DNA of 63,901 nucleotides, counting the filler, from Aduncisulcus paluster (Eukaryota), in the NCBI GenBank assembly GCA_024181965.1. It is 6 parts of 6 records of this genome, joined end to end, with 100 filler letters (N's around TTAATTAATTAA, not from the genome) between each part and the next. Parts side by side here need not be neighbours in the genome. Positions count along the whole stretch, not along the records: positions 10,457 to 37,933 come from BQXS01011173.1; 5 more parts are not named here. The stretch is one strand, 5' to 3'. Positions 24,401 to 35,207 of the stretch are shown one piece after another. The notes below the pieces were generated by a model. It saw only the letters and a list, made by a program, of their open reading frames with translations, searched no databases and had not been told where the DNA came from. Both the position numbers and the translations under genes were made by a program. The stretch's first letter is position 1. Each line of letters starts with the position of its first letter.

Positions 24401-27400
24401 AGGTTGCACTTGAGGAAAAAGATATTTCCAGAGAGTAATCATCATACAATTTTGAAAACAATACTTCAGCATATTCATCAGAAACAACTAATCTGAGACG
24501 TGAGTTTTGCATAGCATAAAATATTATGTCATGTTGATACTCAAAGGGCCTAGCAACATCCAGTTTCGATCCTTCGCTTAAGATAATCTGAGAGTGATTC
24601 TTTCTATTCCTCATTGTCATCGAATCATTCTTAGAATGTACAAAAGGAGTTCCGTTACTTGAGGAGTTTGAATATTCCGAAGAACATGTCAATTGATTGC
24701 TGGAATTGATTTGAGTGCTCCAACCATCTTGACAAGAGCATTTTCCAGTCAAAGTATCTTTTCCAAGACATATTCCATGCTCACAATTGACACCAACACA
24801 TTTACCGAAGGAAGATACAAATGCAGGAGGTAAATTGGTGGAATCTGCAGAAAATAGGGGTTCGAAATTTACATAAAATAGCATTTCATTTATATCTACA
24901 CTATTCAAAATTGAGTTTGTAAATGAATCAATCAACGACACCGTTATTACTGGAGAATCCTCAGAATCTTCATCTGAATCTTCGAAATAAACTCCAATAT
25001 TTCCACTATTTGCCAAATTAAACACCAAAGTTTGAGTATCCGAGAGAGTCAGTTCGAAATGAGTGATTGTGTCATACGGAAGCTCCTCAATTGAAACAGA
25101 CACTACAATTTCTTCCTCAGAAACTGTAAAATCGGTGTCAATATGAACCTGAGCAAGCTCAGTTTCAGAGGCATCCTCCACGAAAAGAAGAGTAAATGAT
25201 ATCAAACTAACGGATTCAGAGTCATCTGATTCGGCATCAATGTATAATGTATTACAATAACTGATATCCTCTCCACCATCGAATATTATTAAATTTTTAG
25301 ATAATGAGAAACAACCACTTATATTAGACTCATCCTCGAGACAAGAGTGAGATCCATTGATCAAAAAGGTGAGGGAATATCTATTTTTAGAAACAAGACC
25401 AGTTTTAGTTGCCCAATACTCTGATTTCTCTGATGTTGTAAAAGTAACTGTTTCAATGTTTGAGGAATAGTTTACCTTACAATCACCACTCAAACTATCA
25501 CTCAAAGTGTCATAATACAAAACAAAAGTGTATATCTTTGTTTCTGAGTCAGACTGTTCAAAAACATCAACTGAATCAGAATCTATGTGAGAGAATGAAA
25601 TTGTAAAACTAGAGCAATCATCTGCAAGAGGAATTATCCCATCTGTGGATCTGTCTGAGTTGATTCCTAGAGTAATAACACTCAAACTGGAAATATTAAG
25701 AACCAATCCATTGTGTATCGTCAATGAAGAGGTATCCTCAGTTGGAAATAATACAAAAGATTCCTCACCAATATTCTTGAAACTGTGAGGATAATGTTGA
25801 ATAGAGTCTCCAAAATTAGAACATGAGAAAGAACTATCAACCCCCATTTCTAATATAATCTCGATGATGGGTAATTCCTCAGATACTGTGGGATCTGATT
25901 CATTGTAGAAATAAATTGAAATGATAATGGTTTCCTCAGCAATGGAACAACTAAATAATATTGAATTAAGCAATAATTTGGTTCCATAATCTGTTTCTTC
26001 ATCCCATTCGCAACCAATGATGACATCAAAGCCACTTCCCAACTGAGATAGCATGGATAAAGTGTCCTCAACATTGTACACAATAGATTCGTCAGACATC
26101 AACATTTGTCGTTGATGAATAGGCTCAAACACATGAGTATCTGTGACATACAAATCTCTCCAATTCGATCCAAGTTTGCCCCATTTTGTGGTGTATTCAA
26201 GGATGACACCTCTAAATGAAGAGTAAGAAATATCTATTCCGCATGACATTTCTTCATCAGAAATGGATTCATCCTCAGCCAAAATATCGGAAGAATTACT
26301 AACGTTATCAATGGAGCATGTAGTGGTTGGATAAATAACTGCTCTTTTTGAGGTTTGGATTGTAACATCCCCACCGTATCCCCAATATATTTTTAAATAC
26401 GTATTCGAGGAATAAGCACCACTGACAAGACACAATGACGAAAGAATAACATAATCAGATCTATCTGATGACTCGGTGTCAGATGTAGTGCTTTCCATAT
26501 CACTATTACTCGTATCTTGAGCAATATATGATAAACATACAACATTATTGTTGATATTCATCATTCCTTGATATGATATATTGTCCCTCGAGTCCATCGT
26601 TGAATCAATCATTAGGCCTCCACCAAAATCCTGCCCTTCATCGTCTTCAAGAGGATACCCAATGTTATCGAAATCAACAATGAATATTTCTTCCCCTAAA
26701 GAATTATTAAATATATATCTGTGATGCGAATCATCAACATGATTTACATAAACAGTTGATACTAATTCACTGTCCACATATGTCAATGAGTCAATAGATG
26801 GGGCAACTGGAAAATTGAGGATCGGAACAAGGAAGAAATCAGGGAGGATAGTTGGAAGGGAATAAGAAGTAGAAATTTGTTGACTTGAATCGAACAGCAT
26901 CGACTCTGAAAGGCCCATTTCACCTTGCCATTGAGAATTTGAAAGATAAAATGGTTCTTGAATTGATTCAAAATGTGATCGATGATTAAATCGTTCAAAT
27001 GTCTGAGAAAAAGGAAGAAGAGGATATGTTCCATCTGATTTGACGATGGAAGAGGCACTAAATGGAACAAAATCATACTCTTCATCTCTAAATACTTCCA
27101 AACTACTCCGTGTCGACACAACAACAAGGGATTCGAGCTGATCAGATGTTAAGACAGATGCCATGATCTCTTCAACTGAAACATGAACATGTCCAAGTGT
27201 ATTAGTATGGATACGGACTCCAAAGAAATATGTAGAAGGATTGTCTTGATCATCAGGCATGCCTAATCCAATTGTACATTCCCCAATATTGGAATCACAT
27301 TCAACCATCACACGAATTGCGTCTTCCATATAATCATTGGAGACAAGAGTGTCAAAATTTACGGTATCTTCATTTTTCCAGCAAATAACAAAGCTTCCTG

Positions 27401-28067
27401 CATGATAAAAACTACTATTTGTCAATCGTAATTCGAATAATTGGTTGCAATTTGTGTGTTTTAGGGAAGAATTGATATGATGTTGCATCTCAACAAACCA
27501 AACGAGGGAAAAATCATCACCTGAGCTTGTACCAAATGGTAGAGGAAAAGGTAAAGGCAACAGAGTTTTTATAGGAGCGGCAAGCAGGGGAGGTGAGGTA
27601 ATAAATTCCGGAAGAAGAAAAGAAGAAGGATCGGGAATCATAATATTATCATCATCGTCAACTCTTCGATATATTCCTTCCCCAGAGATAAAAAAAGTGA
27701 TTGAATTGGAGTCTGAAGAATTCATCAGAACGGAAAAGGTTGCTGGAGGTTGAAGTAACTGCTCTTTTGAAGATGATTCGTCAGTCATTTCAAAATATCC
27801 ATTAAGGGATGATTTAATAATCTGCGTTTCTGCAGATTTGATCTTGATACTACTATTGTATGCCATGAAAACGTGGATATTGGCTGGACAAGAATCTGAC
27901 AAAGATAAAATATCTAAGAAACCATTTTTATGAATAATAATATTTGTAAAGTTGAAATTAGTGATTGTTCTAGCCTCACCATTTTGTATTTCCAAAAAAG
28001 ACACTTCTGACGAAAAACCATGAAATATAAAGCATATAATGCATAAAAAAGAGAAAATTCGAAACAT
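15407..28067 (-). CDS. Giant type I membrane protein (~3,895 aa): signal peptide, repeated beta-rich modules with EGF repeats, tenascin-like EGF cluster, REJ/PKD-like region, single C-terminal TM, short tail
   Basis: Signal MFRIFSFLCIICFIFHGFS; many CxCxxG[FWY]xGxxC motifs; TM YVLSGCLFCCGLGILICIIVIL followed by RKNRKGKK. Three exact duplications beside 20-N gaps (offsets 379, 270, 324 nt) collapse to 11,688 nt, i.e. one frame. Confidence 0.85.
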
Positions 28068-28189
28068 TTAAGTATTGTTTTTGCAAAGAATTATTTATTT
28101 ATTTGCAAAATTGTGACGACTGTTGATTTTCATAGCATTTAATCATGTCAAACAAGAAAAACTTCATAGTCCATAATTTTCAGCAATTC

Positions 28190-29047
28190 TTAAAATGGGA
28201 GGTATCTACGATGTCTAAGACTAACTTCAACGAATTTATCACGCTTTTTAATTGATTTCTGCATCTGCTCGAATTTTTGTTTTTTCTGTTCTCTGGTTTG
28301 GAACATATAAAAGTCTTTTTTATACATCTGAGCCTGTTGCTTATCATATACTTGTTTTAACCTGTCTTGACTTATTGATATGGCCTGGAATCCGTCCTTT
28401 CCACCTACGATATCTTTCCTTCTTCCTCCTTTTCTACTTTCAATTGTTATCCATCCTTGTTCATCGGGTTTGCCGAATCTTTTGAGTTTTTCAGCTTCTT
28501 CAGCTTCAACCAATTCATCATAAGCTTTTACAAATCTCTCCGCCCTTTCAGCGCAGAGATGGGGATCAGAAAAATGAGTAATAGCATAATATTCCGCATA
28601 TTCAAGCAGAGGAGTTCTAGTTATTTTCCGGCAATATTCAATTTCTTTCGTTAAACCAATATTTCCAGAAGTTGACGAAGCCTTAACTTTTTGTTTCTTA
28701 TCTCTTGGCGGAGAAAATAATCTTTCAACAGCCTTGGATTCTTTATATACAACATGAGCTAACCGAGCTCCCTGACCAACATGGGCAACTAATTCAGATT
28801 GGAGTTCGGGGTTTTCTTCTTTTCTAGGTTTTAATCTTGATATTACACAATGAGATATCTTCCCATATCTCCCAAAAATAGCTTTTATGTCATCAACAAT
28901 ATATAATTCGGGAATATTTCCAACAAAAATGGTGTGATCGGGTTTTAAAACGGTTGCTTCCGATTGACGGGAAATGTGTTTTCCAACGATGAGTTCTCTT
29001 GATGGCATATCGCCATTTTTGATAATAATTTTCAAAAGCTTATTCAT
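28190..29047 (-). CDS. RRP7: Ribosomal RNA-processing protein 7 (RRM + RRP7 C-terminal domain)
   Basis: RRM HTIFVGNIP...IFGRYGKI; C-terminal PDEQGWITI...KDFYMFQTREQKKQKFEQM...RRYLPF. First ATG is at 29047; frame is open to about 29101. Confidence 0.85.
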   Translation of the reverse strand: MNKLLKIIIKNGDMPSRELIVGKHISRQSEATVLKPDHTIFVGNIPELYIVDDIKAIFGRYGKISHCVISRLKPRKEENPELQSELVAHVGQGARLAHVVYKESKAVERLFSPPRDKKQKVKASSTSGNIGLTKEIEYCRKITRTPLLEYAEYYAITHFSDPHLCAERAERFVKAYDELVEAEEAEKLKRFGKPDEQGWITIESRKGGRRKDIVGGKDGFQAISISQDRLKQVYDKQQAQMYKKDFYMFQTREQKKQKFEQMQKSIKKRDKFVEVSLRHRRYLPF

Positions 29048-29240
29048 ATATCCTTGGAAAGCTTCCAAATTGATTGATTGGATGTTCGCTCGACTCAACT
29101 TCTAATTTTATGCGTACTATAAAACTTTATGGGTAAATAAAATATTATAAATATCATTACATATTGTTTTCTCCATTATTTCTGTATTGATATCATTGTA
29201 TTACGCTTTTCGAAAACTTCACGTCAATCAGTTCTTTTGC

Positions 29241-32192
29241 ATGGCTCGGGTAGGAAAAGAACTTACAAGGAGCGATCATCTTGCTTCTGCTCTTATCGCT
29301 GTTGAAAAGAGTGGGACCAGTGAGAAATGTCTTCAGGCTATCGATAAGATTTTTGATATGTACAGAAAAGGACCAACAAGACAACAGAAAGAAGTATTCG
29401 ACGCACTTATCGATCTTTTTGTAACAGACTTACTCCCTCCTCGAAAAGAATTAGTTTTTATTGATGATATTGCTTACAATCGCCTCCAACAGCTTAAAGG
29501 AAAGGCATATGATGATGCCCGTTTTGAATCTGAGTTAAAAAAACGCTATTCACGTTTATTAGAGCTATTGACAAAACAGATGTCGAGTTCTATTGAACAA
29601 ATTCGTATTCAAGCCATTTTCCATGCTGAACGTCTTTTGTTGGAAACTGTCGAGCAAAGATCCAAAGTATTATCCTTACTTGTGAACAAACTTGGTGATA
29701 TTAAGAAGAAAGTAGGCTCTGTTGCCTCAAAAGCTCTCTCCGTTGCCACTTCAAAAGACAAATATTATGCTTTGGAGATAGTCAGAAGCATTGTCACCAC
29801 TTTATCCAATCCACACGCTCTCGAGAACCAAAGAACAATTAAATACTCGATCCAGTTTCTTTCTCAGGTCAACATAAATGAGCTTGGTGTTCGTGAACCC
29901 GTATTATGTGAAAGTGTTGTCTCGATTTTGGTTGGAATATTTAGTTCATTGCTAGGGGTAACTAATGTGAACAAGAGAACGGTTGAATCAAGTCACCATA
30001 CCGAAGATACCTCCTTGATGACAGAAGCTGAGTTGAAGGGGAAAAGAAGGTCAAGAAAGGCTCACGAGCAGAAGAAAAAGAAGGAAAAACAACGTAAAAT
30101 GAAGAAAAAACAAGCTCTTAATGTCTTGTCCGATGATAACGTTCGCCTAGTTTCTCTCGTTCTCTCATGTCTTGCAAAATACCTTCCTTTAACTAAGTTG
30201 GAAATAATTCCTCCTCACAAATCTAAAAATAGCGATTCAACCACTGAAAAGCAACCCGAGTCCATCCATTTCTTCTCCTCATCCGCTGATACTCTCTCAC
30301 ACCATATATTCTCGCTCTTCTCCTTTACTCATACAGCGTCGCTTCCAATCGCCATGCTATCGTTACATGCTCTCACGTTGCTCTCCGATGCTGATAAGTC
30401 AGGATATATTAGGACTCGTGTCATTACATTATTGTATGAACTTCTTCTCAGGCGTGGAGTTTCTCAATGTTCTAAAAAGGATGTTCTATTCTCCTCATTC
30501 ATCCACACTGTCTCTCTGCTTTCCATTCACGTCGATGAAGAGGAAAGGAGTGCGTTTGCTGCTCTGCTTCGGAGACTGTTACTCAGTGCCTCACATGCTT
30601 CCACACAATACCAACTCATGGTAATGTGTGTCTGCAATGTTGCATGGGGCACCGGTGGAAAACGGGAAGAGTGGGAACGCATGACAAGCGGAGTAATTAA
30701 GTCCCATTCTCATCTTTCCCGTAAATCTCTGAAACCAGGATCTAAGCACAATCAACAATCGTCAACGGAGCCCAGCAAGAGGAGTGTAAAGCGTCAAGAG
30801 ATGATCGAGAGAAAGAGGAAAGAGAAGAGAGAAAAAGAAGGATTGGAGTTTGATCCCAATGCTGAAGCCATCGGGGTTGCCCCGGGAATGTCTCTTGATT
30901 CCATTATGATGACTTCAGATGCTTCAACAAAGTCGACCCATCCTAGAGGTTCCAACTTGGATAGCAATGAGCAAGAACAGAGTTACGATGTCTCTGCAAG
31001 GAATCCAAGGCATAGTCATGCATATGGCTCTACTACAGGCACTTATTGTTGGGAATTACAGCGTATGTGTAGGTCTTACCATCCTCTTGTTCGTCAGACT
31101 GCTCATAATTTGTTGCAATGCGAAGGTATCACTACGACTGTCGATGCTGAGAGCTATCAAGGTGTAGGGAAGAAAAAGATGGAGAAAAAGATGAAGTTAA
31201 AACGGAAGGCCAATGAGATTGCCGGAATTGTGAGTTCAGCTTTTCCTTCTTCGTCTCCCTTCTCCACCCTAGACCCTCTTTCAAAATACAACTGGAAATC
31301 TGTCGCTTCATCCATTTCGACTGGAGTTTCATTTTCTTCTTTTCTCACCAAACTCAGCGGGATCACAATGCCATCAGCAAGCATTCTCAAAGAAAAGAAA
31401 GAGGACGATCAGGACCACTCTGACAAAGACACCCATCTCCAAGTTGCCACAACTTTGGCATCAGCTCTTTTCCTCAAAGACCCCCAATCTCTCCCACTCT
31501 CCACTTTGTCGGCTCTTGTCATGTCTCAGTTCTTGGGATGCATCAGAAAGACCCAGAAAAGTTTATTGTTGCAACGTAAGCTGAAAGAAACATTGTCTGG
31601 ATCTCGCAAACCACTAGCTGACACTCTGTCGAGTGAAGGAGCGATTCAAGAAGGAGAAGAGGATGAAGAATATGAAGGTAACAGAACATTGCCTCGCGAG
31701 TTATCAAATATAACCAAACGACTGAAGAAAGGAGAAGTCATCGATGACGATGCCGTGTTTGATGCCATTATCGACGGCGAGATGAGAAGGAAGTTTGGAG
31801 TAGGTATTAGTGGAGTTCCAGACGAAGACGAGATTGACGCTGATCTCTTGGATTATCTTGATAAACACATTGGAAAAGAAGCCAAGGATAGCGAAGAAGA
31901 GGAGGAGGAAGAAGAAGAGGAAGAAGAGGAAGAGAAGGTGTCTTTCAGAAAACAAATATTAGACCTTGGCGCAGAGATGGAAAAAGAAATGTTGGCTGAA
32001 CTTGGAGACGAAGCTGCTCAAGAGGGAGGTGAAGAAGAGGAAGAAGGTGAAGAAGAGGAGGAGGAAGATGAGGAAGATGATGAAGAGGAAGAGGAGGAGA
32101 TAAGTGGATTGGATGCAGATGAATTCTCTTCAAGTGAAGAGGAGGAAGATACTCCGAAAGTACACAAAAAGAAGAGTGTTGGAAGAAAATAA
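29241..32192 (+). CDS. MAK21: CBF/Mak21 family ribosome biogenesis protein (MAK21/NOC1/CEBPZ)
   Basis: DLFVTDLLPPRKEL, FESELKKRY, EQRSKVLSLLVNKLGDIKKKVGSVAS, YDVSARNPRHSHA...CWELQRMCRSYHPLVRQTA, acidic tail. First ATG is at 29241; frame is open upstream past 29187. Confidence 0.88.
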   Translation: MARVGKELTRSDHLASALIAVEKSGTSEKCLQAIDKIFDMYRKGPTRQQKEVFDALIDLFVTDLLPPRKELVFIDDIAYNRLQQLKGKAYDDARFESELKKRYSRLLELLTKQMSSSIEQIRIQAIFHAERLLLETVEQRSKVLSLLVNKLGDIKKKVGSVASKALSVATSKDKYYALEIVRSIVTTLSNPHALENQRTIKYSIQFLSQVNINELGVREPVLCESVVSILVGIFSSLLGVTNVNKRTVESSHHTEDTSLMTEAELKGKRRSRKAHEQKKKKEKQRKMKKKQALNVLSDDNVRLVSLVLSCLAKYLPLTKLEIIPPHKSKNSDSTTEKQPESIHFFSSSADTLSHHIFSLFSFTHTASLPIAMLSLHALTLLSDADKSGYIRTRVITLLYELLLRRGVSQCSKKDVLFSSFIHTVSLLSIHVDEEERSAFAALLRRLLLSASHASTQYQLMVMCVCNVAWGTGGKREEWERMTSGVIKSHSHLSRKSLKPGSKHNQQSSTEPSKRSVKRQEMIERKRKEKREKEGLEFDPNAEAIGVAPGMSLDSIMMTSDASTKSTHPRGSNLDSNEQEQSYDVSARNPRHSHAYGSTTGTYCWELQRMCRSYHPLVRQTAHNLLQCEGITTTVDAESYQGVGKKKMEKKMKLKRKANEIAGIVSSAFPSSSPFSTLDPLSKYNWKSVASSISTGVSFSSFLTKLSGITMPSASILKEKKEDDQDHSDKDTHLQVATTLASALFLKDPQSLPLSTLSALVMSQFLGCIRKTQKSLLLQRKLKETLSGSRKPLADTLSSEGAIQEGEEDEEYEGNRTLPRELSNITKRLKKGEVIDDDAVFDAIIDGEMRRKFGVGISGVPDEDEIDADLLDYLDKHIGKEAKDSEEEEEEEEEEEEEEKVSFRKQILDLGAEMEKEMLAELGDEAAQEGGEEEEEGEEEEEEDEEDDEEEEEEISGLDADEFSSSEEEEDTPKVHKKKSVGRK

Positions 32193-32413
32193 AACCATCA
32201 TTGATTCGAGAAAATATGTGACAAAAATTTGTTTTTTCTTACTAACAAAGCAGTAGCTTTTTTTATTAGTCTTTTTAACCAATTAATTATTCGATGATCG
32301 AACAACGAATGATATTTGTGTTGTTTTGAGAACAATTTACATTGTTTTTATCATATTTTGAATTTATTCACTCTTAAAATATAAAGAATTAGTTTTTTCT
32401 GTTGTTCATCCGC

Positions 32414-33990
32414 ATGGATCATAAATTATATAAATTGGCGAATTTATCATTCCCAACAGTTTTTAAATCTTCTCATTCTCAATTTGTAAAAGGTGCATTA
32501 TATTGTTCAAGTTCATATGGTTTTGGTCCAACCAATTGGGGTTGGAAAGCATTGTGCGGCCCTCCCAGAGTTTTCCCAACCTATGGTGATCAATCATCTG
32601 CTTGGGCTGGCCGCCATCGAAGTTGTCCCAGTGAAAAAATTGTTGTTGTTTATGATGTTCCCGTTATTCCCAGTGAAATCCATGTTTATGAGACCAATCT
32701 CCCTGGCAGTTTAGTATCTGTCAAAGCATGCCCAACTATTTGGTCTGAATCTTTAATCCCAATTCCATCTGATCAAGTTAATGTGGCCGCTGGGTTTTCC
32801 GCTGATGAATATGAATGGACCACACTATGGTCCATCCCTTCTCCAGAACCTCCAATGACAACCTCTCGAATCAATGTAATCCGGCCTGTTTCATGCAATC
32901 AACAATACAATATGTATATGTTTGACATGATATGCGAAGGTAATTCCACATGGTATGAGATTGATGCAATCAAGCTTGTTGGATTTCGTTCGAAAACGCC
33001 ACCTCAAATTCCCACCTCACTCCCATTAGGTTCTTTAGCATTCACTCTGTTCAATTTGTGGCAGAAAGAATTGTTTCCTTATGATGCATTTATCCAATGC
33101 AGGAAATCAGAAATGCACCAGAAATATTTGTTTTCTGATGAGAAGTCTGAGGAGAAAGAGAAGGAATATGGTTATTCAATTGAGAAAATAGGTGTGCATT
33201 CAGCAATTATTGGCGCCAGAGTCCCAGAACTATTGGAAAAAGATGTGATATGGCCTTGTTATCATACTNNNNNNNNNNNNNNNNNNNNATATGCGAAGGT
33301 AATTCCACATGGTATGAGATTGATGCAATCAAGCTTGTTGGATTTCGTTCGAAAACGCCACCTCAAATTCCCACCTCACTCCCATTAGGTTCTTTAGCAT
33401 TCACTCTGTTCAATTTGTGGCAGAAAGAATTGTTTCCTTATGATGCATTTATCCAATGCAGGAAATCAGAAATGCACCAGAAATATTTGTTTTCTGATGA
33501 GAAGTCTGAGGAGAAAGAGAAGGAATATGGTTATTCAATTGAGAAAATAGGTGTGCATTCAGCAATTATTGGCGCCAGAGTCCCAGAACTATTGGAAAAA
33601 GATGTGATATGGCCTTGTTATCATACTATGCGTGATTTGATAAAGTTACTATACACCGATTCTGTTTTTGGAATGACAAAGGGTCAATGTGCTGCCGTTT
33701 GTCTGCTTATTGGTTCTTTTGAGTCATTGAGTGATAATGAACCCTGCAAGAGAATTTCTAAACTTTGTACTGATGTCTTCGTGGATTCTCTCGATTTTCC
33801 ACTTTGTGTGGCCTTGCTTGAGCATTGTGGGTCAGTCCCTTCAATTGTTGATATTTGCACCGATGTTATTGTTTCTCTTGAGAAGTATAAGGAGACAAAA
33901 CCACATCAATGGTCGATTCTTACCTCTAGAATTAGTAAGGAAGGATTGATATCTCTCTTCCAAAAACTTGCTGATTTGAAGAGATTATGA
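32414..33990 (+). CDS. FBXL4 N-terminal-like beta-sandwich domain fused to a BTB/POZ-like domain (~405 aa after removing a 359-nt duplication)
   Basis: QFVKGALYCSSSYG...LCGPPRVFPTYGD...PVIPSEIHVYETNLPGSLVSV...WTTLWS...WYEIDAIKLVG; then DAFIQC...IGVHSAIIGARVPEL...LIKLLYTD...KLC. The segment from 32930 is repeated from 33289. Confidence 0.75.
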
Positions 33991-34412
33991 GAGAATAACA
34001 ATCCTTCATGATTTATTTATTAGCTTTTGTTTGGTTTTTTCTATGATATACATATATTTATATAAGAAGCCGTTTTTCGCCGTTGGTAAACGCTAAGATT
34101 GAATAGTCAAATTTTCAAAACCACTTTGTGTATGTTATTAAGTATTTTATTTTATTTCGCTAATAATTGAGAATCCAAGACCAGGCACTTGCAAATTGCA
34201 AAACCTAGAATTGGTTGTAGAAAATCACTGTAGAATTTACAGTTGTGTGGAGAGTGATTCGTTTGTTCATTATTTTGATTGTAGCTGTTTGATTGGCAAC
34301 TTATTAATTGTTAATAATCCAATAAATCACAATATTACTCAAGAATCTTGAGCCAAGATAATCCTTCGGATAAAATTCTATTGTATACTGTAGTATCAGA
34401 GGGATTAATTAA

Positions 34413-34973
34413 CTATTTCTTGCTTTTGGGTTTCTTATCTTCCCCAATTATACGTAAATCGCCAGATTTCTTTTGTTTTTTGCTCGATTTTGGACCCTTA
34501 TCCACCTTTGTCTCCTTTTTAGCTTCTTCTTCTTCCTCTCGAGAATCTTCATAAGAATATTCATATTCATAAGAATTCTCATCTTCTTTAGAAATATCCT
34601 TCTTCTCCGAGGTTTTTTGTTTTTTTGACACCTTAGATGACTTAGAAATAGATACCTTTTTCGAAGGGATAATTCCAAGAGCATGAAGATCATCTTCATC
34701 CACATCTTCCAGGTTCCGGCGTTTAGTAGCCTTTTTACCATCAAGAACATCCTCAATATGGTTTAAATCTCTAACAATATCCCCTAAACCTTCTTCTTCC
34801 AAAAGGTCCATCAAACCATCACCATATTGTTCTTCATACATACGAATAATATCATCATCCATATCTTCGACGGATCTCATCTCCTTTTCCGAATCCTTTT
34901 CTTTCATATCCATAGAATCATAAACATTTCTTTTTTCACTCTCTGGGGTTTTTCCTTTCCGTGACGATGGCAT
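34413..34973 (-). CDS. Small charged hypothetical protein (186 aa; acidic N-half, Lys-rich C-half)
   Basis: ATG-initiated ORF with coding-like composition, divergent from the next gene. Confidence 0.7.
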   Translation of the reverse strand: MPSSRKGKTPESEKRNVYDSMDMKEKDSEKEMRSVEDMDDDIIRMYEEQYGDGLMDLLEEEGLGDIVRDLNHIEDVLDGKKATKRRNLEDVDEDDLHALGIIPSKKVSISKSSKVSKKQKTSEKKDISKEDENSYEYEYSYEDSREEEEEAKKETKVDKGPKSSKKQKKSGDLRIIGEDKKPKSKK

Positions 34974-35207
34974 TTATATCTTCTAATGCTTCTATAACTG
35001 TGAAAAAAACAAAATATAGATTTGTAGAAGTGAGCAAATCAGCAGCAATGAAAATCAATCACCAAATAAATAGAATTAGCTATTAAAACAGAGTTCCATT
35101 AACTACCTGTTATTATATTTACTTGATTTATGCACAATTAAGTTATTTGAATCAGTATTTCCGATGTTATCGTGATTTTGAAAAATTTGTACTCTCTTGG
35201 TTGTCCT

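Noticed and set aside
34000..34400. Possible snoRNA or other ncRNA between convergent genes
   Set aside because: No convincing C/D or H/ACA boxes or stable stem seen by eye; no tRNA or rRNA recognised anywhere in the window.
35179..35188. TGAAAAATTT resembling the yeast RRPE ribosome-biogenesis element
   Set aside because: A single short AT-rich match, not present in the RRP7/MAK21 spacer; likely chance or part of the general upstream motif.
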